The position numbers and the translations under genes were made by a program. Under the pieces are notes generated by a model. The model was not told the origin of the DNA and made no database searches. It saw only the letters and a program-made list of their open reading frames with translations. A stretch of DNA of 64,000 nt. Source: Eledone cirrhosa (lineage: Eukaryota). Below are positions 25,983 to 39,167 of the stretch, piece by piece (within the stretch, counting starts at the first letter, position 1; each line of letters begins with the position of its first letter). Where the stretch lies: positions 190,278,001 through 190,342,000 of the forward strand of contig OZ024741.1 in NCBI GenBank assembly GCA_964016885.1, in the 5' to 3' direction.

Positions 25983-26925
25983 TCTATATATATAAAACTG
26001 TGGTTGTCTGTCTGTCTATCGATTTTTGGCACACATCTCCTCTTAGAATCTCTGACGGAATTGCACCGAAATTGCTATACTTGTACATTGAGCCATAGCG
26101 AAGACATCGGAAAAAAAAATTTCAAATTGACCCACCCTATGTGACGAAATCGAATATAATGTATCGATTTTTGAGCGTAAGTTATCAGTTATTTCCCTTT
26201 GTTCTGTTTAAATTGAGCGTCTTACGTAAAAAATTACGCTGGCTTTCTCAGCGTTTAAAATGACATTAGCACAATACACGAACAGTTGAACACTAAGCTT
26301 CCGTTTTGCTTCATTTCCATTTAAAAGCATTTTAAAACAATATTTTTACTTGAAAACAAGTCTATTTAAAGACTACGTAAAACAAGCAAATATTTCGTCG
26401 TTAGGCGTGCAGACAGACAGTCGTGCAGACAGACAGTCGTGCAGAGAGGTGATATACGCGTGCAGACAGATAGTCGTGCAGAGAGGTGATATAGGCGTGC
26501 AGACAGACAGTCGTGCAGAGAGGTGATATAGGCGTGCAGACAGACAGTCGTGCAGAGAGGTGATATAGGCGTGCAGACAGACAGTCGTGCAGAGAGGTGA
26601 TATAGGCGTGCAGACAGACATAACTGATAATTTGGTTACGCTAATGTTTTTCTCTGCGTTGCAGTGTTTACATTTTCGATCTTTGTTAATAAATAACCAG
26701 TGCAGTTTCTATCCCCAGCATCCTCTTTTGTTATAACATTCGGGTTATCGTTATGTTTTCTTAACTTCATAAGGCATATTGTTGGTTGAGGGAATATTAA
26801 TCAAAAACACCACATGCAAGTCTGCACAGTAGACACTACAGTTTTTAAGCCAAGAAAGAAACTTAACATTGTAACTTTAACACAGCTACTGAGCGACCCC
26901 GAGCAACGCCGGGCTTTACTGCTAG
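25983..26925 (+). mobile_element. Non-autonomous Helitron with an internal ~37-bp minisatellite (26403-26620)
   Basis: A|TCTATATATATAAAACTG start, hairpin CCCGAGCAACGCCGGG, CTAG|T end. Confidence 0.9.
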
Positions 26926-27152
26926 TATTTAATATAGAAGTTTATCTAGTGTAAGGTTAATTCAAAAAATTTGGAGCATCGGCTTTTAGGGTAGCTTAAT
27001 TTTTCATGAGGAATGTTTAGATAAAAATAAAAATAAAAATAAAATAAAAATAAATAAACAATAAAAAAAGAGTAAAAAGAGGGAATCAAAGATTTAGGAA
27101 TCAAAAAATTTATCGGCTAGTTCTCATATAAATATAAATCAAACTAAATATA

Positions 27153-28930
27153 CTACATTTTAAATTTAAATTTATATTTAAACGTTGAGTTTAATCTATG
27201 TTTGCAACAATTGAATAAATTTGTCCGTAGGTTAAGGGAATTTTTAGATTTTAGTATAAAGAATATCTCCTCTGCGCAGAGGTCACATGTCTCAGAGGAT
27301 GAATTAAAAGGAATCCCTCTTGAGACTATATTCCAAGCCGTCGAATATCTAACGTTATCTAGCTTAAGTTGCCAGAGTACGCCTGATAGTGCCGTTGAAG
27401 ATTTTTTACTTGGATCTGTGAAAGAATTCTTGTGGTTATTATAGCGAAGTTTAAATTCCGTCGATGTGGAACCGACGTAGTTAAAAGAATTAGAGTCAGT
27501 ATTAACATTACAATTGTATACTATATTTTTAACTAAGCAGTTGTTATTTAACGGACATTTAGATCTATCTCTACAGTTACATTTGTTAACTTGTATATTA
27601 TTTATGCTATTATCAGTAGGTTTTAAGTTCCTATTATTTATTCTATTAATATTTTGTGCTAAATTTTTGGTGGATGAGTAGGTTAATTTAATTGTATGCC
27701 TATTGAAGATTGAGTGATACCTATGTGTTCTAGGGAAGCGATTATCAAGAGCTTTGAAAAATAATTTAGCGATGTGGGTTTTAATGTTTAGTGAGAAAGG
27801 GGGGGCAAACCAAATTATGTTCCTAGTTCTATTTCTTTTTTGTCCTTTGGAATTATTGTAATGCTTTCTATTATAGTTGTTAATGTTGTTGCCGTAATTA
27901 AAAAAAGTTGTTACTTTGTTTAGTTTGTCTATCATTATCTATGTACACAATCTTATCAGCATATCCTGCCCTAGCTAGTGCATCATTATAGTACTGGGCC
28001 TTTTCGTCAAAAATCTTTCTATTCGACGAGATCCTAGAGATACGTTTTTGGACTGAGTTTACTATAGTGTTTTTGACAGATCTGGGGTGGTTAGAGTTAA
28101 AGTTGACATAGTTTAAGTTTTCATTCAACTTGTGAAAAGGATAGTGGAGACATGTGTTGAGATTTAATGTTATATCTAGGAAATTGACTATTCTATGGTT
28201 GTTCTCAATTTCTATTTTAAGGTTAAAGTGATTAAAAAATTTTGTAATTTGTTTACATTTTCTATTTAGTTCAGGGTTATTATTATTAATAAGTAAAAGC
28301 ATGTCATCCCTATATAAACCTCCGGTAGTACCAGGTATTTTCCTATGTAGCGAATTGATTAAAAATAAGCCCACAAGGTCAGTTACCTGAGCTGAGTCGG
28401 AAGATCCCATAGTTATGTCAAAATTGCTATCTCTATCTGCTCTGGTCCATAATTTGTCATTAAATTCTATCAAAGTTTTCCTAGCCGATAATATAATATG
28501 CATTTCTTTGCTAGTTAGGTCAGTATGTTTGAATGCGTAATTTAGTGCCTTATTTAGTAGACTAGGGGTAATAGAAGAATAATAGTTAGCTATATCAAGT
28601 TGAATAAACCTATTATTATTGTTATATTTAATTTGCCTAAACCACTCAACAACCTCTCCAGTTCCCTTCCACAAGCTCAGGTTAGATACACAATCCAAGT
28701 TCTTAATTTGCTGTATCACCCTGTCAAGAATGTTTTTGCTTAATTTGCCCAGGTCCGATTTTGAAGGTGCGATCAATCTAACTGGCAGGTCATTTTCAAA
28801 ATTCCTCTTGTGGTCCTTCATATTGATCTTCGGTTTCCTGGGCACGAAAGGTGTGTGTGTATGATTTTTATGCATTTCCACATTTCTCTACCGATTTTGA
28901 TAATTTTTTTCCCCAATGTGCTCCAAATTT
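27153..28930 (-). mobile_element. Penelope-like retroelement, RT plus C-terminal GIY-YIG, 5'-truncated, one frameshift near 27900
   Basis: RLIAPSKSDLG, QLDIANYYSSI, FDITMGS, GLYRDD, VNFLDITL, SNHP; CNCR..CPL, NIVY..YVGST..FKLRYNNH, CDLCAEE. Confidence 0.93.
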
Positions 28931-28989
28931 ACCAGGGCAGGTCAACGCGTAATTATTTTTGCCAAAAGTTTCCTGGTTCTATAAAAAAA

Positions 28990-29480
28990 AAATCGATAAA
29001 ACTAAATACATGCTGTAACCCTCTCTCTTACACGCTTCATTCCTCTCACTACTACCATCAAAAATATATGAAACTACATACATGTTGCAACTCTCTTTAA
29101 AAGGTTCATCCTTTCCTCTATTCCACTCTTAATCTCCTCTGCAACTCTCTTTAAAAGGTTACTGCCTCTGTCTACTACCCTACAGTTTAGAACAACGACA
29201 AAACTTCTTTTGAAGGTACGCAACACAAACTTTGAAACCTAAGCAACACATTGATTTATACAACAACCATAGCTTTACTCTCTCCGTAGCTCTTCCCTCT
29301 CTCTACAATAGATTATTCCCCCTCTCTATAATTTAACTGCTTTACTCTCTTCATGCTTCAAGGTTTAACACTAGCTTCACGGTTTAACACTAGCTTCACG
29401 GTTTAACACTAGCTTCACTCTCCCCGTCGCTCTTCTCTCTCTCTATAATAGATCCTTCCCCCTCTTCGTTCGGGAACGCG
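28990..29480. repeat. Cluster of short local direct repeats (GGTTTAACACTAGCTTCAC x3; GCAACTCTCTTTAAAAGGTT x2)
   Basis: Direct reading. Confidence 0.7.
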
Positions 29481-30069
29481 AAAAAAACTTTGATAACTAA
29501 GCGACACTCATACATCAAATATCAAAATTTAAAAAGCCGATAACATTAAATACATACTGCTCTCTCAACGTTACATTTTACACACTTACATTTTACACCA
29601 AATAACAAATATTCAAAGCAACAGATGAATTTATAAAACAACAAACGTAACAATAACGACGCTTAAGCATTTATTTACATGATTCTCAACAAAGACATTA
29701 TATTTTATTGTTGTCCTTTTTGTTATTTTCTTTCTTTGTTTTTCTCAATATGAGACAAAAAATTAATGAGAAAACTGTTTTCACGGGATTCTATTCAAAG
29801 TCGAGACAATTATTGCTTTTGGTCAGGAGAAGGTCATGAAGCAAAAAAAAATTCAAATCAATCAACAATAAGGGCAAACATCGACCATGATCATTCCCCC
29901 TCTCTATAATTTAACTGCTTTACTCTCTCTGTCACTCTTCACTCCCTATATGACAACACTGCAGTGGAGCGTTCCGTATTGAGCGTTCCGTATTTACATT
30001 CGGCTTATCTGGGGCATTTTCAATCGGCTTATTGCAAATAACCCGCAAAATAACACTTCATATAACAGA

Positions 30070-33000
30070 TTAATGCTATAGATATATGAATCGGAATGTA
30101 ACCCGTGAACTTTTTCCTGGGCAAAATTATTCGAACAGACATGACCTCATTGCCAGAGTGTTCAGACTGAAACTGGCTAAACTCGTGGCTTTAATAAAAA
30201 AGGTCAGGTATTTGGGGCTGTAAAATGTGACATGTTCACCGTCGAATGGCAAAAACGAGGGCTGCCACATGCTCACATTTTGATTTGGTTAGCTGATAAA
30301 ATCAATTCAAATGCCATAGACAGCTTCATTTCGGCTGAAATCCCTAACCCAGAAACTGACCAGGAATTAAATTACATCGTTGGGTCCTAATGAGCATCAC
30401 ACGTGTCTGAAAGGGGGGTCGTGCAGTAAGGGATACCCCAAAAAATTTGGCCCGAGAACGGTGGCTTCACCACAACAGTAAGGGGAGGTCAAGTCGACAA
30501 TAGATGGGTGGTCCCTTACTGCCCGCTTCTCTTGAAGATGTTCAACGCCCACATGAACGTTGAGTTTTGCATCTCCGTCAAGTCGATAAAATACATATGC
30601 AAATATGTAAATAAGGGCTCTGATGCCACAATGTTCGCATTTCAAGCTGAAAATAGCAGGGACAAGGTCACAGAATACCTGGCGGGGTGGTACATCAGTA
30701 GCAATGAAGCTTTTTGGCGCCTACACCAACATCACCCCGCCATCGTACAGCTTGCGGTACATTTGGAAAATGGGCAAAGGGTTTACTTTACGGACCAAAC
30801 CGCCGCCAAGTTGGCCGCCGATCTAAAAGAGACCACTCTGACGGGTTTCTTCAAACTTTGCTAGTTCGATACATTTGCGCAAACAATTGTGTACTCCCAG
30901 GTTCCATCCTACTTTATATGGTCGAAAAACACTTGGGTGCGAAGAAAGTCAGGTCAGGCTGCTGAAAGATATCCTGGTGTAAAATTTGACAGCTGTCTTG
31001 GAAGGGGTTACACTGTGCCTCCAAGTCAGCATGAGTGCTTTCATCTCCGCCTTCTTCTGCATGAAGTTGTAGGCCCACAAAGTTTTCAGGACCTCAATGG
31101 AGAAATATGTGATTCGTACCGTGAAGCCTGCTTTAATCGTGGTCTTTTAGAAGATGATTCGCAATGGGATTCCATTTTAGCAGAGGGTGCTTTGTTGAAA
31201 TCACCTAAAGGTCTACGGGAACTCTTTGCCATGTTGCTTCAAAAGTGTGAATTGGGTGATCCCAAATCTTTATGGGTCAAGTACAGAGACTTCATGTCAG
31301 GACTTCCTGCGCCTGGATAATCTGCAGTATACTTCAGTGGAAGTTGGTTACAGCGACATTATCTACAACAGGGCACTCATTGATATTGAGGACGCCCTCC
31401 TCGACATGGGTGGGAGTGAGTTGGCGACGTATGGTTTGCCGTCAACCGTCAGAGAGGAAGTTAACACGTTGGCCCCGGATTTGTTGCGAGAAACAGCATA
31501 TGACATCGAATCTCTTTCCCAATACTTAGAGGAAAATGAGCCCAAACTTCTGTCGGACCTAAGGTTGGCCTATTTTCCGGTACCCCCAGGAGCATCGAGA
31601 AAGTAAATACCCCCAGTCTGATTTTGACGCGGTTCAAAATCAGACTGGGGGTATTTACTTTCTCGATGCTCCTGGGGGTACCGGAAAAACTTTTGTAACG
31701 AAATTGATTCTCGCTAAGATTCGTCAGGAGAAAAAAATTGCGTTGGCCGTTGCATCGTCCGGGATCGCTGCCGGGAGGCAGGACAGCACATTCAACCTTT
31801 AAACACCCCTTGGATTTAGTAAAAACTGAGACACCAACATGCAATATCAGCAAGAGTTCACACGAAGCTCTGGTTCTCAAAAAATATTGCCTCATTGTTT
31901 TGGATGAGTGCACAATGGCACACACGGGTGCCATTGAGGCATTGGACGGGACCCTGAAAGACATTAGGGATTCTACGGCTCCTATGGGTGGCGTAACCCT
32001 TCTTCTATCAGGGGATTTTTGGCAAACGCTGCCTGTCATACCCAAAAGGACAAGAGCTGATGAAGTGCGTGTCTGCCTTAAGTCATCCATGTTGTGGCTC
32101 TAGGTGAAAAGTTTGTACCTGAGCACAAATATGCGTGCTCATTTGCATGGTGACAACATGTCTGCAGCATTTGCTCAGAATATTTTAGCACTTGGTGAGG
32201 GCAAGGTCATTGCGGATGACAAGGGCGGCATAGCAATCGACTCCCTGTGCAACATTGTGAGCAGCTCTTCTGACCTTTGGGAAGCAGTTTTTCCTAATGT
32301 CTCATCTAACTTTAAAAACCTCGATTGGCTCAGCGAAAGAGCCATCCTTGCTCCGAAAAATACCATGGTTAATTTTATTAACGAGCAGCTGATTGAGAAG
32401 TTTCCCGGTAAAGAACACATCTTCAAATCTATCGACCGGACGTCAGACCTCGACGATATCGTTAATTATCCGGTTGAGTTATAAAATTCCCTTGAGCCCC
32501 CAGGGCTCCCACCTCACATTCTTAAGCTTAGGGTTGGCTGTCCCATTATGCTAATAAGGAACTTGCGTCCACCAAAGCAGTGCAACGGTACTCGCATGGT
32601 CGTCAAGTCACTGACGCCCCACTTGATTGAGGCCACCATTGTAACGGGGTGCGGGAGAGGGGAGAATGTTTTCATTCCAAGGATGAACCTTTTCCCCTGG
32701 GCGTCAGATATCCAGTTCGATTTCCGGCGATCCCAATTCCCGGTGAGACCATGTTTTGCCATGTCCATTAACAAGTCACAAGGGCAAATATTGTCGGTGG
32801 CGGGCATCCATTTGGGGGAGCCATGCTTCTCCCATGGCCACTTTATGTTGCCTGTTCCCGCGTAGGGAGCAAGAATGGACTTTTTGCTTACACTCCTCAA
32901 GGGATGACACGCAATATCATCTACAAAGAGGTGCTATAGATGTTGGTGCAGGTGCTGGAGCTATGCCGTCTGGAAAACTGGTAGGGTCACCCATAGCGGA

Positions 33001-33246
33001 CAGATCTGACACTCAGCGGCATCAGGGCCACCATCTTGCAGCTTTGGTCTACTAAATTCGCTATTGGAAGATTATTAACCTATTATTGATTGTCCAAAAT
33101 GTTAATTGGTTTGTAACTATTAATAACCAGTTCAACTGTTTTATGCACTTAATTGATAAGCTTATGCGCTTTCAAGCTATGTTTACCTGTATGTAACTTT
33201 TCATAGCAAATGAACAAACCCGAGCAACGCCGGGCTAAACTGCTAG
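30070..33246 (+). mobile_element. Degenerate autonomous Helitron (Rep HUH + Pif1 helicase) with intact 3' terminus, 5'-truncated
   Basis: EWQKRGLPHAHILIWL, KYICKYVNKG, VHLENGQ, FLDAPGGTGKTF, DECTM, GDFWQ, LAPKN, CNGTR, AMSINKSQGQ. Hairpin CCCGAGCAACGCCGGG, CTAG|T. Confidence 0.95.
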
Positions 33247-33264
33247 TAATTATATATTCGTGTA

Positions 33265-33860
33265 CATATTTTCAACAGCAATACTGTACTATACTATATA
33301 TTTTCAACAGTAATACTGTACTATACTATATATTTTCAACAGTAATACTGTACTATACTATATATTTACAACAGTAATACTGTACTATACTATATATTTT
33401 CAACAGTAATACTGTACTATACTATATATTTTCAACAGTAATACTATATATTTTCAACAGTAATACTTTTCCCATATATTTTCAACAGTAATACTATATA
33501 TTTTCAACAGTAATACTTTTCCCATATATTTTCAACAGTAATACTATATGTTTTCAACAGTAATACTGTACTATATATTTTCAACAGTACTACTAAACTA
33601 TACTATGTATTTCCAACAGTAATACTATACTATACTATATATTTTCAACAGTAATACTTTACTATATATTTTCAACATTAATACTATACTGCACTATATA
33701 TTTTCAACAGCAATACTGTACTATACTATATATTTTCAACAGTAATACTATACTATATATTTTCAACAGTAATACTGTACTATATATTTTCAACGGTAAT
33801 ACTAAACTATACTATATATTTTCAACAGTAATACTATACTATACTATATATTTTCAACAG
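33265..33860. repeat. Minisatellite with variable ~23-33 bp units (TATATTTTCAACAGTAATACTGTACTATAC)
   Basis: About 20 copies of the TTTTCAACAGTAATACT core. Confidence 0.95.
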
Positions 33861-35919
33861 AACACGCCAATGGTAACCGGGCGCCAGCCGGACGGGCCAG
33901 CTAGTATATATATATATATATACAAAAGGCAAACAGAAATAACAAAGCAAACGACACAGTACAATGAAGAAACATGGTGGATTGGATGAATCGGTACAGC
34001 ATCGGACACCATGCTTTGCAGCATAGAGTTACGTCCCTTGACGTTCTGAGTTCAAATCCCAAACGAAGTTAACTTTGCCTTTCATCCTTATGGGGTCGAT
34101 GAATTAAAGCACCAGTAATGCACTGAGGTCGATTTAATCAATTTTCTCCTTACCAAAATTATTAGCCTTGTGCCTATAGTAAAAACCATTATTAGCAAAC
34201 ATGGCAAAGAGAAGGTACATGACAGTACCTATATCCCTGCAAAGTTTTATAGATATAGCCTTAGTGGTTTTTGAAAATTTTTGAACACTATAAATTTTAA
34301 CACATCTGGGTACAACTGATGAGGTCATCATAAAAATGATGATGTTGCAACATTTTTGTAATGCAAAAATGTTTGCCTATCAATGGTCTATACTTGTGCC
34401 AAGTTTCATTGGCATAACATTAGTGGTTCAGGAATAAATTGAGGAGGGGCGCTCTCTTGGAGCTCGCCCTTCCCCCACGGAGCCTCTAAAATGCCCAGGT
34501 TTTATAGGATTAATCCTTTAGCATTTGAATTACTCTATATTTACTATTATATTTTCATGGTAAAGGCTTTACCTTACATAATATCGAATCTATGAGATTA
34601 TGATATTATCTATTTTGAGAATACCTTAACATAAGTATGAGCGACCGGTTACAGTTGGTTTGAACAGAATAAGATGAGAGAATTCTGGCCAGATACGGCC
34701 GGTTTAAATGCTAAAGGGTTAAGGGAAAAAATCATTTAAGCAGAATATCAAACCTGAGCGACTTCCTTCTTTACAGGAAATTAAATTAGGTATGCATTCG
34801 TTTCAAACCAGATGTATGAACAGATTGATGGGGTTATGTTAACATAATCAATTTACATTTTCAAGTAGAAAGCAGAAACGTGTCTTTAAAGATTCTAATG
34901 GAGTGTTTATTTCTTATAAAAATATATATATTTTTACTTATAAATATACTAACTAGTACAATGCATGTATCATGTAAATACATTACTGATTCTACTAGAG
35001 GAAAGCCATACAAATGATTTTAAAATAGAAATGGAATGAAAATTATGGAAGTAAGAAATCTTGTGTCTTTTCTATTAGTCCCAATCTCAATAAATAATTA
35101 CAGCTAAAGTTCGCCGTATTTTAGCTTGTTAAATGTAAATATATTCTACCTAGGATTAGTGCCTCCAGTGCCGGATTTAGGACAAATGTGGCCCCTTACA
35201 TTTGAAAAATGAATTGTGCACACCTAAGCACAATGGTACATCCGGCAAAGAGTGCTCCTCCCGAATTTTGTTTTCTCACAACTTTCTTAATAATGCATAA
35301 TTTGAAGAGATACATTGCGATTATCTCAATGGAAATAATTTTCTATATGCAATTCTTAGTCGTTGAGATGTCATAGATGTTCTACAATCCTGTAGAAAAT
35401 CTATGACATTATTTTGATATCAACATGAAATTGAAAGAAACTATGAAAACATTTCCGAGTTTATGCTTGGTCAATTTCAAAAAAATACAAATCGAATGTA
35501 TAAAGTAATGAAAGTATTAATGAACAAAAAAGTATGCAATAATGAAAGTATTAATTTTTCTTTTTTAAATCATCAACATAATCATGATCAACATTTTCAA
35601 AAACATAGCTCTGCAAAATCTCATAAAAATATACATTATCATGAATGTTATAAGGAAACAAATAACAATTCTGCCCTATCAGTCATGCAAGATAGCCAAC
35701 ATTTTCAAATAAATCAATTATAAAAAAATCATTTGCAGAAATTGGTTTGTTTCAATGGAATGTGAGACAGGAATTGTCAATCCGCCAAACCTCAAGGTGG
35801 CCGCTTTATTTAAAAAAAGAAAATCACACCATACATATACAGAAGCCCCTTCAAGTGTAGTTAGATGCTTAATATATATATATATATATATATACATGTG
35901 TGCGTATATATATATATAC

Positions 35920-36955
35920 ACGAGGGCCAGTAAAATGTAATGCCTTTTTTTATCATAGCAAGCTAATTTTTTTTTATAGAATGAGTTGAAATTTGGCAGA
36001 AACTACTTCATCTTGTTTTTCAGATTTGTATGAGTGACTGAGTTGATTTCAAGATGGCCGCCTCCCTTGGAAGTCTGTCAGAAGCAAAGAGTAGTAATTG
36101 AATTCCTTGTTGCTGAAGGTGAAACCCATGTTAATATTTACAAGAGACTAAAAAATGTGTATAAAAATGACACCTTAGACTATATAGCAATATGCGTGGC
36201 CGCCTGTTGTCTGAATGAAGATGAAGTGGTGGGACTTGCAAGCTTAGAAGACAAGCCTCGAGCTGGCTGCCCATCAACTTCTATCAACCCTGACAACAAA
36301 GCAAAAGCAGAGGCTTTAATCAGAGCTGATAGGTGCATAATCCTTAATGAGTTGGCATTAGAGCTTGGAATAAGTCATGGTAGTACTCACAGCATTGTTG
36401 ACTCACTTGAGTTTTCAAAAGTCTGTGCCTGTTGGGTACAAAACAACTCACAATTGAGCACAAGACTGAAAGGATTAACTGCTGCACCGAGCTCCTTGAA
36501 TTCAGTCAAAGAAAACACGTTCTCTAGAAGGCTTATTACAGGTGATGAAACTTGGATTCATCATTATGAATCTGAGTCAAAAAGGCAATCAATGGAATAG
36601 CGTCATCCGATGTCTCCAAAAACCCAAAGGTTCAAGGCAACTGACTTTTGGGAGACTCAAGGAGTGATTCTTATTGATTTCTTGCCAAGGGAAGAAACAA
36701 TTAACTCTGAATTATATAATGAGACAAGAAAAAGACTAAAAGCGAGAATTCAACGAACAAGACCAGACTTGGAGATGAATATAGTTCTTCAACACGACAA
36801 TGCCAGACCTCACACGAGCATCAGGACAAAGGAGGAAATCACTTCATTCAGGTGGACAACTTTGACGCACCCTCCATACTCACCTGATTTGGTACCATCA
36901 GACTACCACCTCTTCTGTCCCATGAAAGAAGCATTGAGAGGCCATGATTATGGAA
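35920..36955 (+). mobile_element. Mariner transposase relic, 3' end lost at a SINE junction
   Basis: CGAGGG.. left end; ITGDETWIHHY, QSME, HDNARPH, HPPYSPDLVPSDYHLF (DD34D-type); stop codon and frameshifts. Confidence 0.9.
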
Positions 36956-38171
36956 ATTGGCAGTATCGGTAGAGGGTCGGACGCCATGCTTTCCAGCATA
37001 GTTACGTCCCTTTATGATCTGAGTTCAAATCCCGCCGAGGTTGACTTTGCTTTTCATCCTTATGGGGTTGATAAAATAAAGTACCAGTAATGCACTGGGT
37101 AATTGCTGGCCTTGTGCCTAAAGTAGAAACAATTATCTATATTTACTACGGGGCGGTGAATTGGCAGTATCGGTAGAGATGAAAGAAGCATTGAGAGGCC
37201 ATGATTATGGAAATTGGCAGTATCGGTAGAGGGTCGGACGCCATGCTTTGCAGGATAGTTACGTCCCTTTACGATCTGAGTTCAAATCCTGCCGAGGTTA
37301 ACTTTGCCTTTTATCCTTACGGGGTCGATAAAATAAAGTACCAGTAATGTACTGGCTAATTGCTGGCCTTGTGCCAAAAGTAGAAACAATTATCTATATT
37401 TACTACATTCATGGCGGCAAGGAAAGGGGCTAGACCGGATATAAAGCAAGAGGAAATGGGCGAGTAGACTAATTGACCTGAAAGTGTTAAGCTAGTCAGT
37501 CGCGCACACACTCTATTAAGAGAGAATTTTTCCTAAGCAAATATTTCTAATCTGTAAAAATGGCATTGTACTTAACTACATTAGATTCAAAAAGGAAAAA
37601 AAAAAACCAACAAGAGAAATTTTAATTTCGGCGTATTTAAGTAAAAAAGAATAGCGTAGTATTAATTTGATTTTTCATTACAATTTGCTAAAAAGCTAAG
37701 CATTTATAATTTATTACTATTTCCCCTCCTCGTAGAGAAATCTAGTTATCTCTCTATGGCCCGGGAAAAGCGCATCATTCATTAATTTCAAACACCAATA
37801 AATCTACTATTAATCTTAAAGATAGTTCTAGTTATTTCGGTTTTCGTAACTTAGCTAAGAATCTATAGTATTATGGGTTCCTGTTTATATAAGAAATGCC
37901 TCAAAGTGTTATTTTAACATGTATATCAAAGTCATCGCAATACCTTAGCAAAAAGAAGTAATAGAATTGAATGTTAGCTAATAGCGTTCTTTAACAATTC
38001 TAATGCTATAGTTTTTGATGGTGCTTACACAATAATATATGTTTATATGATAGTACACATTTACTGATCTTTAGCTCCTACTTTAGTAGTGGAGTACTCT
38101 TCGACCCATACCACACTTCCACCCAGGCTCTAATAACTAAATTCCCGTTCCTAAAGTCTTTTGTACCCACC

Positions 38172-38285
38172 ATGCGCAAACATACCATCGACTTTTCGAC
38201 AAAGAACATCCCAATTCCACCGAGAAAACTCTACCTAAGGACTCTCACTCAGAAAATTGACACTTTCATGAAACGATTGAGATAG
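38172..38285 (+). pseudogene. Penelope-like ORF N-terminal fragment
   Basis: MRKHTIDFSTKNIPIPPRKLYLRTLTQKIDTFMKRLR*, homologous to the ORF at 44371-44589. Confidence 0.7.
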
Positions 38286-39167
38286 AGATATATATGTTTC
38301 ACATCATCATCATCATCATCATCATTTCATTTTACGTCCGCTTTTCCCTGCTTGCAAGGGTGGGACGGGAACTGATTTTGGCTTGATTTCTACAGCTGGA
38401 TGCCCTTCCTAACACCAACCTCATTTACAGTGAGTGCTGGGTGCTTTTTTGCCATGGCACCTCCACGACCACTTTGCAGTGGAATGATAGGGACCCCAGT
38501 CCCTATCATCTCATTTCTACAGCTGAGTAAACTGGAGCAACGTGAAATATAGTCTCTTGCTCAAGGAAACAACACATCACCCGGTCCGAGTATTGAACTC
38601 ACAACCTTTCGATTGCAAAGCCAATGCTCTAACCACTAAGCCATGTGCCTCCATCATATATATATATATATATATATTTTTTTTTTAAATGAAAAAACAG
38701 AGTTAAATACTCACGTTAAAACCCAGTAATTAATTACCTCAAAGTACTAGCAGAATGGCCTGGCGTTGCTCGGGATTTGCTCTAGGGTTCTTATACATTT
38801 GATATATATTTATCCTTATCGAGCCTCGTGAAATAAATGTGGGTATGGTGTGGCGTGCGGTGGCCGGGGGGTGGGGGGAGTGCTCGACCGGAAGGGGTCT
38901 TTTTGACCGGAAGGATGCTCGACCGGAAGGACCAGGAGAGGGCCTCTCTCTAGTGGTGACCAGCATACGGTGAGGACGCGTTTTGGGCAGCTCCCGGTTT
39001 TAAGCAGTCGGACGCACGTGGAAGAGGAGTACCTGCAGTGGAATTTAGCGGCGCCTGTAAAAAGCGGTAAGTGAGATAGCTTTTTCTAACCACAAGCTAT
39101 TTCGGCGACTGAAAAAAAAAAAAAAAAAAAAAAAAAAGAAAACACTTGCCGCAAAACAAATCAGAAG

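Noticed and set aside
35463-35723. 86-aa Asn/His/Lys-rich ORF
   Set aside because: AT-rich compositional ORF with no motif or clear splice signals
37150-37300. tRNA gene suggested by A and B boxes
   Set aside because: SINE head. It has no cloverleaf and continues into the SINE core in many copies.
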